From a virus (taxonomy: Duplodnaviria > Caudoviricetes): a stretch of 34,366 bases of DNA. A model generated the notes under the pieces. It saw nothing but the letters and a program-made list of their open reading frames with translations, ran no database searches and was not told where the DNA came from. Location: positions 1 to 34,366 of the IMG/VR virus record IMGVR_UViG_3300025296_000063; one strand, written 5' to 3'. Each line of letters starts with the position of its first letter. Positions within the stretch are counted from its first letter, which is position 1. Below are positions 9,085 through 16,757 of the stretch, piece by piece. The position numbers and the translations under genes were made by a program.

Positions 9085-9618
9085 TTCTGTAGAAGTTTTT
9101 ACCTTTTTATCTTTTAAGAGATATTTCAGATTGATAAGTGATTGTTCTGTATCGTCAATCCTATCCATCATCTTTAGCATATCATGTTTTATATTATCAA
9201 TATCTTGTGATACTTGGTCGCTTTTCATTCTATCTTTAAAGTAATCTATATCCACTATTTTTCCTTCAGACATAAACACTCCAGATACTTCTTTGTTTGA
9301 TTTTACAATTGATGCTCCGATTGCAGTGTCCTCATCTTCTTCAAGGTAATTTATATCAACTGAAATTGGAGGGACATTAGCGGCTGCTTCTTCATCATCA
9401 TAAACATCATCTGATTTTTCTTCTTTAATTAGTCCTTTTTTAACTAGCTCAGCTCTACTATTTGCGGTATCATATGTATCTATTACTCTGTTTAGTTTAA
9501 CTTTAACTTGCGAAGAATTATTATATATATCTAGGTACTTCATATTTATAATACTTCTTAAAGATTTTAAGCAATTAATAATAAACGTGGCGTCATCGCC
9601 ATCATAGTCAACTGACAT
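9022..9618 (-). CDS. Hypothetical acidic protein ending in the VKVPxIHxRGFLxVEG motif
   Basis: 198-aa ORF overlapping the helicase stop; AAGGAG RBS. Confidence 0.75.
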   Translation of the reverse strand: MSVDYDGDDATFIINCLKSLRSIINMKYLDIYNNSSQVKVKLNRVIDTYDTANSRAELVKKGLIKEEKSDDVYDDEEAAANVPPISVDINYLEEDEDTAIGASIVKSNKEVSGVFMSEGKIVDIDYFKDRMKSDQVSQDIDNIKHDMLKMMDRIDDTEQSLINLKYLLKDKKVKTSTEVKVPDIHRRGFLNVEGKETE

Positions 9619-10945
9619 ATTTATTTCTCCCTTTAATTAGTCTATAAGAATCTTTTAACGCTGTATCAACGTCATCAAATATAGAGCATCTATCTCCAAT
9701 GACTCCCAATCCAACGCTCCCTGTTCTACCATACCTATTTTTACCAAGTATTACTTCCAATTCGTTTTCTCCACCCTCGCTGTCTATATAATTATAGCGC
9801 CAATCGTAATACATAAATAATACCATTTCAGCATCCTGTTCAATAGAACCGGAATCTCGTAAGTCTCGTAATATAGGGCGTTTATTGGCACGTGATTCAC
9901 ATTCTCTATTTAATTGAGATACTAGAATTGTACACATGTTGTACGTTTTAGATGCCCGTTTGTACTGTTTCATAATAGAGTCAACACGCAGTCTATTATC
10001 ATCTAATCCAAAGACATCTATAAGACCTATATAATCATCTACTACTACATCAGGCTTGTGCTTCTTTATTTCACGCATCGCCTGTTCAATATCAAACATA
10101 TTATCAAACATCAGCAGATTCTGATAATTTTCTTTAATTGATACTTTAGCTAATCCCAAATCATCTATTTCATAGTCTGCCATATCTTCAGAGCGGAGAC
10201 TATCATAATTTAATAATTGAGACTCAAGAACAAATAGCTTCTTCATCATCTCCACGTTACTCATTTCTCGATTAAAAACCAGTACTTTATTATCAGTCAT
10301 AATAAGTTTTCGAACTATATTAATCATCATGGTAGATTTAAAATGACCGGGTCGTCCGGCTATTACGGTAATTTCACCACGAGTCATACCGCCTGTCATT
10401 GAATCCAATTTTTCATATCCAAATTGTATTAAACTATCATGTGCCTTGATGTGTTCTGCTGTTTCGTCAACCAAAGTATTTAAATCAAAGCGTTCACGTA
10501 CACGCATATTAAGAACATTATCAATCTCACTGTTTATAGATTGTAATGATTTATATGCTTCATCAAGCGGCATATCAATAGTGTTCTTGATGATGTCAGC
10601 TTTCTTAATTACTTTTCGCAACAGCCATTTCTCATACAGTATTTTAGCATACTGTTCAGCATTGGCTACAGCTACAACTTCTTCTACAAGACCTGTAAGA
10701 TAGTATGCGGACAGTTCATTAAACTCATCATTATTAACTCTTGACATTATTGTTATTACATCAATGAGCTCTTCTCCGCCTTTACGCATTGACTGTATGG
10801 TTTCCCATATCTTCTGATGAGCTTTATCATAGAAAACCTCTTTCTCAGGAACATACTCGCCTACTTTATCTATAACGCTATTATCTACAAGTATCTGACC
10901 GAGCAGTGTTCGCTCAGCTTCGGGTGCGTGTGCTGCTATCTGCAT
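9608..10945 (-). CDS. dnaB: DnaB-like replicative DNA helicase
   Basis: N-terminal AERTLLG...FYDKAHQKIW; Walker A AGRPGHFKS; VVVDDY; SQLNR; RP.L.DLRDSGSIEQDA; KNRYG. Confidence 0.95.
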   Translation of the reverse strand: MQIAAHAPEAERTLLGQILVDNSVIDKVGEYVPEKEVFYDKAHQKIWETIQSMRKGGEELIDVITIMSRVNNDEFNELSAYYLTGLVEEVVAVANAEQYAKILYEKWLLRKVIKKADIIKNTIDMPLDEAYKSLQSINSEIDNVLNMRVRERFDLNTLVDETAEHIKAHDSLIQFGYEKLDSMTGGMTRGEITVIAGRPGHFKSTMMINIVRKLIMTDNKVLVFNREMSNVEMMKKLFVLESQLLNYDSLRSEDMADYEIDDLGLAKVSIKENYQNLLMFDNMFDIEQAMREIKKHKPDVVVDDYIGLIDVFGLDDNRLRVDSIMKQYKRASKTYNMCTILVSQLNRECESRANKRPILRDLRDSGSIEQDAEMVLFMYYDWRYNYIDSEGGENELEVILGKNRYGRTGSVGLGVIGDRCSIFDDVDTALKDSYRLIKGRNKYVS

Positions 10946-10949
10946 ATTT

Positions 10950-11141
10950 TTAACCTTTTAAATACCATTCATTATTTCCTTCTTTATTTTTTCTGCGCTT
11001 TATTTTGTATCCAAATTGTTTCAGTATGCGTATGTTTGCTTTTACAAATAACTCTTTGTACATAATCTCAGCATGATTTTCAGTTATATATCCATATTTT
11101 TTTATGTGCGATAGTATTCTATACGCATTCGGAAATCCCAT
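10950..11141 (-). CDS. Small basic protein, possible winged-helix DNA-binding protein
   Basis: 63 aa, ILSHIKKYGYIT...IRILKQFGYKI...WYL pattern; directly upstream of the helicase. Confidence 0.5.
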   Translation of the reverse strand: MGFPNAYRILSHIKKYGYITENHAEIMYKELFVKANIRILKQFGYKIKRRKNKEGNNEWYLKG

Positions 11142-11148
11142 AGTCTAC

Positions 11149-11622
11149 TCAATCCAATACCTTCATCATTTTTCCAACCATTTCACGCTTAATACCGCTT
11201 GCGCTTTCCCATTTGTTTTCGTAAACATTTATCTGTACATTTTTACCAATTACATTTTCATCTAAAAGCGGAGGTAGCTCATAATAAATCTTACCATCCT
11301 CATTTATCTTTTTAAAAGGTAGACCGATAGTTTCCAAGAATTTTTTGTAGAAGCGATTGCGTTGAGTTTCGTTACCCTTGAATCTAAATAGACCAGAATC
11401 ACGAATTTCTACACCGCCGAACTCAGGGTGTTCAGCATCTATGGAATATCTCATCCAATAGATATCGCAGTAGACACCAGTTTTTGTTTTTACATTATGT
11501 TTTGTCTTTAGTGCTACTACTTTTGCGCGGTATGTACCTTCGGTAATTTTAGCGCTACTATCTTCTACATAATATGATTTCTTTGGAGACGCATCGTCTA
11601 CCAAATCATCTATGATGCTCAC
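11149..11622 (-). CDS. Putative ssDNA-binding (OB-fold-like) protein
   Basis: EGTYRAKVV beta-strand motif and IGKNVQINV; follows the exonuclease-annealase pair. Confidence 0.5.
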   Translation of the reverse strand: MSIIDDLVDDASPKKSYYVEDSSAKITEGTYRAKVVALKTKHNVKTKTGVYCDIYWMRYSIDAEHPEFGGVEIRDSGLFRFKGNETQRNRFYKKFLETIGLPFKKINEDGKIYYELPPLLDENVIGKNVQINVYENKWESASGIKREMVGKMMKVLD

Positions 11623-12230
11623 TCTTCAACTACTGCTGATTTTTTGAGTTCTTTAATACGCTCTATAGTGCCTTTGTAGTTAGACTCTGTAACTTTGCCA
11701 TCTGTTATGGCGCTGTTTACTAAATCAGTATTAGCGGTGTCTAATCCATTCATTTCAGCTCTAACTAATTTTTCCCAGTCAACACTTGTATCACCGCCGC
11801 CATTAAATTTCTGCTTCATGGAGTTAACATACTTGTTATCATCAAACAACCCCATAAATACATCAGCGTTAAAGCCAAGTTTTGATAGTCCTTTAGTTAG
11901 TGCATCAGTAGCAACCTTTTTCGCGAAGTCATCATCAACTCTGCTACCAATATAATATTTAATAGAAGAGTGAATTGGTACTTCACCAGTAGTGTCATCA
12001 TGCTTGTACCATAGTGATGCTTGGTACAGCACTAAACCAGTATCTTCATACTTTGTGAAATGTTCATCTTTAACGCCCCATCCAATACCGAATGGACCGA
12101 ACTTTGAAGTAGCTTCACGAAATTGGTATTGAGCACCAATAGCGGTAAAGCCACCTCTTTGATTTACTTTTGTGGTAAAGCGCGGGTCAGTCTTTTCTAC
12201 GCTTGACCAAAGTTCCAGGTTTTTACTCAT
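11619..12230 (-). CDS. Rad52/Sak-like ssDNA annealing protein
   Basis: AT..FGPFGIGWG and DDFAKKVATDALTKGLSKLGFNADVF motifs; likely start ATG 12230 after AAGGA (track start 12245). Confidence 0.75.
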   Translation of the reverse strand: MSKNLELWSSVEKTDPRFTTKVNQRGGFTAIGAQYQFREATSKFGPFGIGWGVKDEHFTKYEDTGLVLYQASLWYKHDDTTGEVPIHSSIKYYIGSRVDDDFAKKVATDALTKGLSKLGFNADVFMGLFDDNKYVNSMKQKFNGGGDTSVDWEKLVRAEMNGLDTANTDLVNSAITDGKVTESNYKGTIERIKELKKSAVVEE

Positions 12231-12399
12231 CGCGAGTCCTTTCATTTTTATCGTTGTTAATACATAAACCTTTTACTATGTGATATATTCTCTCAACCTG
12301 TTTTTCGCTGAGATTCTTTACAAGTTCAGTAGATATTCCTTTATTGATTATTGAATTGCGCATGACATTAAAATCATGCCTGTTATTTACTTCGACCAC
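12223..12399 (-). CDS. Small hypothetical protein, 58 aa (not in ORF track)
   Basis: Manual translation from GTG: MVEVNNRHDFNVMRNSIINKGISTELVKNLSEKQVERIYHIVKGLCINNDKNERTRDE; overlaps both neighbours. Confidence 0.5.
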   Translation of the reverse strand: MVEVNNRHDFNVMRNSIINKGISTELVKNLSEKQVERIYHIVKGLCINNDKNERTRDE

Positions 12400-13103
12400 T
12401 TCTTACCAATTCCTTCGCATATATTATTGTATTGGCAATATCCGCATTCCCACTGATAAACTGGTGCATTACCTAAATTAATAGGAGGCGGTTTATCTTT
12501 ATCGATAACTACATCATTACACATTTCCCAATATGCGTCAGCTTTATCTAAATATACCATAGGTACATCGACTTCACGCATGTCAGAATTATTTTTATTG
12601 TAGTATAAAATTTTCATTCCGTTAAGTTCGCCGTAATTTTCTTGATACCAAAATCCGTATGTCGCAAGCTGCATTTCGTACTGCACTGAAGGATTTCTGT
12701 CTTTCATAGCGCCGAACATTTTAGTCCACTTATAAGAATTGCAAGTTTTTATATCATATATAACATTATCCTCTACAAGCGCTAGGTCTATGAATCCGCG
12801 AACATTATATTCATCAATGAATAGTTCTTTTTCTATGAAGATACGCATACCTTCTTGCTCTGCATGTTCTCGCAATGCGTTCTGTATATCTTCATGTATT
12901 AAATTACCTATTCTGAAGATGCGCAAAGTTTTATCTTCAAACGATTTTCCTTCAACTTGCTCTACGGCAGAATAGTAATGCTTACGTGTACATAGACCAG
13001 CACCTGATGAGTGAAAGAACCGCTCTTTACCTTTGTAACGAGCGGCTTGAGTATCATTGTTGAGCCTAGTTAGATACTTGCTGTATATTTCTTGTATCGT
13101 CAA
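12387..13103 (-). CDS. Cas4-like/RecB-type PD-(D/E)XK exonuclease with Fe-S cluster cysteines
   Basis: CTRK, GNLIHE, GFIDL, YDIKT, QLATY and C-terminal CGYCQYNNIC. Confidence 0.85.
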   Translation of the reverse strand: MTIQEIYSKYLTRLNNDTQAARYKGKERFFHSSGAGLCTRKHYYSAVEQVEGKSFEDKTLRIFRIGNLIHEDIQNALREHAEQEGMRIFIEKELFIDEYNVRGFIDLALVEDNVIYDIKTCNSYKWTKMFGAMKDRNPSVQYEMQLATYGFWYQENYGELNGMKILYYNKNNSDMREVDVPMVYLDKADAYWEMCNDVVIDKDKPPPINLGNAPVYQWECGYCQYNNICEGIGKKWSK

Positions 13104-13284
13104 AACTCGTTGTAAGCGTTGTGAATGCAGTGTGTGTTTTAGTTACATACTCTTCGATTAATATGGACAGTTTACCTTGTATGCTAACTTCTTCCATTGT
13201 GCATAAGAGTTTAAACTTTTTATAAGTTTCCTCCGGACATCTGAAAGAGCATGTTTTAAAAACTGTCGGTTCTGTTGGTATCAT
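13066..13284 (-). CDS. Ribbon-helix-helix (Arc/ParG-like) DNA-binding protein
   Basis: Beta strand KTCSFRC followed by PEETYKKFKLLC and SIQGKLSILIEEYV helices; CGGAG RBS. Confidence 0.65.
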   Translation of the reverse strand: MIPTEPTVFKTCSFRCPEETYKKFKLLCTMEEVSIQGKLSILIEEYVTKTHTAFTTLTTSFDDTRNIQQVSN

Positions 13285-13307
13285 TTTGTACTCCGTTTCA
13301 TGTTAAG

Positions 13308-13335
13308 AAATTACTACTATTAAAATACTTTTCAA
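13308..13335 (-). promoter_or_regulatory. Putative sigma70-type promoter for the recombination/replication genes
   Basis: TTGAAA (13335-13330), 16 nt, TAATTT (13313-13308). Confidence 0.5.
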
Positions 13336-13371
13336 AGTGTTTTTAAAAAAACATTTAAACATTAAGAACTT

Positions 13372-13517
13372 TTGTATATAGTATATATATATTATATACT
13401 ATACTACTACTATTGTTATTTATTATTACTAATACTAACGCTAACGCTACGCTATACACTCTATATGTAAAGAACAAAATGGCAACGCGTTGCTTTACCG
13501 TTGCCTACCGTTGCCAC
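13372..13517. repeat. AT-rich low-complexity repeats plus GCAACG iteron-like repeats (possible origin)
   Basis: TATAGTATATA inverted pair, (TAC)n, (TAT)n, (AACGCT)n; minus strand reads GGCAACGGTA-GGCAACGGTA-AAGCAACGCGTTGCC. Confidence 0.6.
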
Positions 13518-13558
13518 AAAACCATATAGAGCGTAGCATAACGTATTACTTTAAGGTA

Positions 13559-14221
13559 TCACCATATATTGAAACCACCACTGTGCTTACAGAAGTGAAG
13601 GAATCGCTTTATATCGTCAATAGAAATATTATAATGACAAAAGAAAGCATTTACCTTGCCGGTTCCATGACAGGCGTTGCAACCTTCGCACTTTTTAGCC
13701 CATTTATATCCGACTTCCATCTTTTTATTGCTTTTTAGAAAGTCGCTAATTTGCATTTCAGGTCTTTCAGGCGGTTCTAATCTATCGTGGTGTCGCAACC
13801 ACTCTTTTTCAGACTGCCAACCTTCCCAACCTTTTCGAGTGCCAGTACCATCGCATATTTCGCATGTTTCTAGCGGGGTGTTATTTTTCATTTCATCGAA
13901 GGCTTGTACATACTGTTCCGCCGTACCATCTTCAATCGTCTTAATCAAGCGTTTAGCAATAGCGTTAGCTTTTTTAGACGATATTTCATGACCGTCATTA
14001 TACATGCCTTTACCATTGTCCTTCTCCGTGAGGATTTCATCGCAGTTTTCTACGATGAAACCCCACAGAGGGCGCCAGCCCCAAACATTGCTGCGAAAGT
14101 ATGCGCCATCAATTCGATTTATGGTCTTAAAGTATCTAGACCATTCATCTTCTGACGCTTCTTCTCTAGGTTGTTGAATGTCAACGCCTGATGGTGAAAT
14201 ACCATACAGGTCGAATCCCAT
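13559..14221 (-). CDS. Hypothetical phage protein with DnaJ-type CxxCxGxG zinc finger
   Basis: CEICDGTG and CNACHGTG; MGFDLYG...YFRSNVWGWRPLW...SGGFNIW. Confidence 0.75.
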   Translation of the reverse strand: MGFDLYGISPSGVDIQQPREEASEDEWSRYFKTINRIDGAYFRSNVWGWRPLWGFIVENCDEILTEKDNGKGMYNDGHEISSKKANAIAKRLIKTIEDGTAEQYVQAFDEMKNNTPLETCEICDGTGTRKGWEGWQSEKEWLRHHDRLEPPERPEMQISDFLKSNKKMEVGYKWAKKCEGCNACHGTGKVNAFFCHYNISIDDIKRFLHFCKHSGGFNIW

Positions 14222-14224
14222 AAC

Positions 14225-15013
14225 CTAGAAGAACCTCACTTTATCACGCGACTTGAAGTTATACACACGTTCAAGTTCTCTGACATAATCAGAGGACTGC
14301 GCACATCTTGGAAATGTGCCTGTTATGCTTAACTTCTTCAGCATATGTTGGTGGTCATAATCCGGATGCGTTGAAACATCTATAAACGCAAGGCAAAACT
14401 TATACATTTTGCAATGCGGGATGCTCTCATGCAAATCAGATACTGCACTTGCAACTTTACGCGCTGTATTAAATCCAGAGTTTGGAAAATCTCCTTCTTT
14501 AAAAGTACGTTTATCAGTATCGCTACACTGTCCAAGCCATAGCAAAATACCAGTAGACACTGATAAACCAAAGTTATCAATGTAACCAGCAAATGATTTA
14601 TACTGATTTAAGCCCAACGCTTGATACATATGCAGATAATCCCGCATAGTCCACGCATTTTGCTCATTATTTACAAGCGATATGACATCTAGGTTGACTT
14701 TTCCAGTTACTACGACATACCAAATAGGTAGTGCCAGTTTAGCCGCCGCAACGTACCTATGTTGTCCATCAATAATATGCATATCGCTAGTTACTACTAT
14801 CGGATAGCATGAAAGCAGATTTTTCTGCTCTATTGATTTAATCAGTTTTTCAACTTTCCTCATTCTGATTACGCGATTACCATTTATAAGGGTAAACTTC
14901 GCATAGTCAGAAGTACAGAACACTGATTGACCAGTATCATCTGAAGTTACCGGAGTAACATCGATGGCACTTTCTGTGGTACGCCTTACGACTTCACTTA
15001 TTGTATCAGTCAT
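14225..15013 (-). CDS. ParB/Srx-like N-terminal domain protein
   Basis: NR...PIVVT...IIDGQHR motif; GAGGA RBS. Confidence 0.8.
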   Translation of the reverse strand: MTDTISEVVRRTTESAIDVTPVTSDDTGQSVFCTSDYAKFTLINGNRVIRMRKVEKLIKSIEQKNLLSCYPIVVTSDMHIIDGQHRYVAAAKLALPIWYVVVTGKVNLDVISLVNNEQNAWTMRDYLHMYQALGLNQYKSFAGYIDNFGLSVSTGILLWLGQCSDTDKRTFKEGDFPNSGFNTARKVASAVSDLHESIPHCKMYKFCLAFIDVSTHPDYDHQHMLKKLSITGTFPRCAQSSDYVRELERVYNFKSRDKVRFF

Positions 15014-15056
15014 AGACTTATCCTCGTTTGTTGTTTAGATTGCTTAATCACCGCGA

Positions 15057-15695
15057 TTAAGCTTCATATTTTTTATCTCCAAGAGCCATAAAAGTAGCGT
15101 AATCTGGTACAGCGTCTATTAAATCATCATCTTCCATTTCTACGCTCGCCATCTTCTCTGCCTCTATACTAATACTATATCCATAGGCATTCAACAATCC
15201 GCTAATCATTTTATTTATGTCATCGTGAATATTTTCAATTATAGCCTCACAGTCAAATTTCTTGCGAGTAGAGTGATGAATCGCAAACGTTATCTCGCGC
15301 GTTATCATATCATCTTCAAGGTCATCTTTTTTCTTACTCAATTCAAGAACCATGAGCGGTGGAAGCATACCTGTTTGGTCATTAAACATTGTGCCAAACT
15401 GTTGCCAACACCGCAGTTTTGTTACATCAGCGGCTAGTAGTATACTATTTAATCCGAAATACTCTGTAATTTCAGAACCTTCTTTGCGCAGAACTTTTTC
15501 AGCCATATGAAAAAACTCAGGTACGTTATGAGCGTCTTGAGTAGCACCAGCTATCAAACCATGCAATTTATCAGCCATATGAACAGTACTGCGCATTAGC
15601 TTTTTGCTTGATTCTTCTGGATTGACGCTGACATACACACCTGTCTTTTTCGATATTCTGAAAACATCTTTTACGTTATTTACATTGCGTATCAT
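15057..15695 (-). CDS. Hypothetical protein
   Basis: 212-aa ORF with AAGGAG RBS. Confidence 0.75.
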   Translation of the reverse strand: MIRNVNNVKDVFRISKKTGVYVSVNPEESSKKLMRSTVHMADKLHGLIAGATQDAHNVPEFFHMAEKVLRKEGSEITEYFGLNSILLAADVTKLRCWQQFGTMFNDQTGMLPPLMVLELSKKKDDLEDDMITREITFAIHHSTRKKFDCEAIIENIHDDINKMISGLLNAYGYSISIEAEKMASVEMEDDDLIDAVPDYATFMALGDKKYEA

Positions 15696-15719
15696 GTTGT
15701 CTCCTTTTGTTTCGTGTTG

Positions 15720-16757
15720 TCATTTAAGTTTTTTAGCGACATTAATTAAATCTTGCGGTGTGTTTATATTTTTGAACCAAGTTATCTTATTGCCTAAATC
15801 AGAGTAGTAACTACCACAAGTATGCGGCGCTGTCATTAGAATAATATTATTTTTGTCAGCGTTGTCCTCAACTATATTACTGGAATCACCGTCAGTAAAT
15901 AAAATTATGTTCCTGTTTGTTAAATATGACCATTCGTGAGCGCCATTAATTATATCTTGTACGTCGTAAATGTATTCAAAGTTTTTTAAACGCTTTGAAT
16001 AAGCTTTAATTATTCTTCCATTGGGCGCATCATAAAGCTCTATATCACCTAGATTAGCCGCAATAGAAGCTACAACTGCATAAAATGCAGCTTCACTTCT
16101 ACAGCTTGGCGATGTATCAAGCATGAGTATTATTCTATCTTTATCTATGCTCTTTTTACAGTGATTTATATTCTTGCGTGATATTACACGCTCTGCAAGA
16201 AGTCTTTCGCACCAAAAATCATCACCCTCTATATCAGCACCAAAATGGTCTTCGCCAAACTTGTATATTATTCTAGCAAATGCTGTTGCCAGTCTGTTGA
16301 TTCTTCCGCCAACTATCTTAATGCCTAATGAATATGACGCATCAATATTTATTCGCCTCTGCGCATTTTGAATCATGTTCCTTGAATTGCTGTAGTTTGC
16401 ACTGGAAGTAAAATTGAGGATATGTCTAAAATCTTTACCTCGATGCAAATTATTATCAATCATATGGTTCTGCATATCTTGAGCAATTCGCATATTCATT
16501 TTATTGCCGCTTTTAATATTCTTGCCAGATTGCAAGTTATCGTATTTATTATCTGAAAATTTATTAAGTTTATAATTCTTTTTATAAGATGATGTACCTG
16601 CCCGGGCAGTAAATTGTGCTTTAGATATATTTGCGGTAGAAGCCCCACTGGATAGGGGCTTCTTACCGACAGCGGAATAACTTCCGCTTTTTGGAGACAC
16701 TGAATTATCAGCGTTGTTATTTTTCCAGTCACGCCAATTTCTTTCAATCTTGCTCAA
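15720..16757 (-). CDS. von Willebrand factor A (vWA) domain protein
   Basis: MIDAS motif IILMLDTSPS (DxSxS) and IILFTDGD; overlaps the AAA+ ATPase gene. Confidence 0.75.
   Translation of the reverse strand: MSKIERNWRDWKNNNADNSVSPKSGSYSAVGKKPLSSGASTANISKAQFTARAGTSSYKKNYKLNKFSDNKYDNLQSGKNIKSGNKMNMRIAQDMQNHMIDNNLHRGKDFRHILNFTSSANYSNSRNMIQNAQRRINIDASYSLGIKIVGGRINRLATAFARIIYKFGEDHFGADIEGDDFWCERLLAERVISRKNINHCKKSIDKDRIILMLDTSPSCRSEAAFYAVVASIAANLGDIELYDAPNGRIIKAYSKRLKNFEYIYDVQDIINGAHEWSYLTNRNIILFTDGDSSNIVEDNADKNNIILMTAPHTCGSYYSDLGNKITWFKNINTPQDLINVAKKLK

Noticed and set aside
12387-13103. Cas4-like gene as evidence of a CRISPR-Cas locus
   Set aside because: No cas1/cas2 and no repeat-spacer array; it sits beside an annealase, as is typical of phage recombination exonucleases
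13559-14221. DnaJ chaperone
   Set aside because: Two CxxCxGxG motifs only; no J-domain HPD motif
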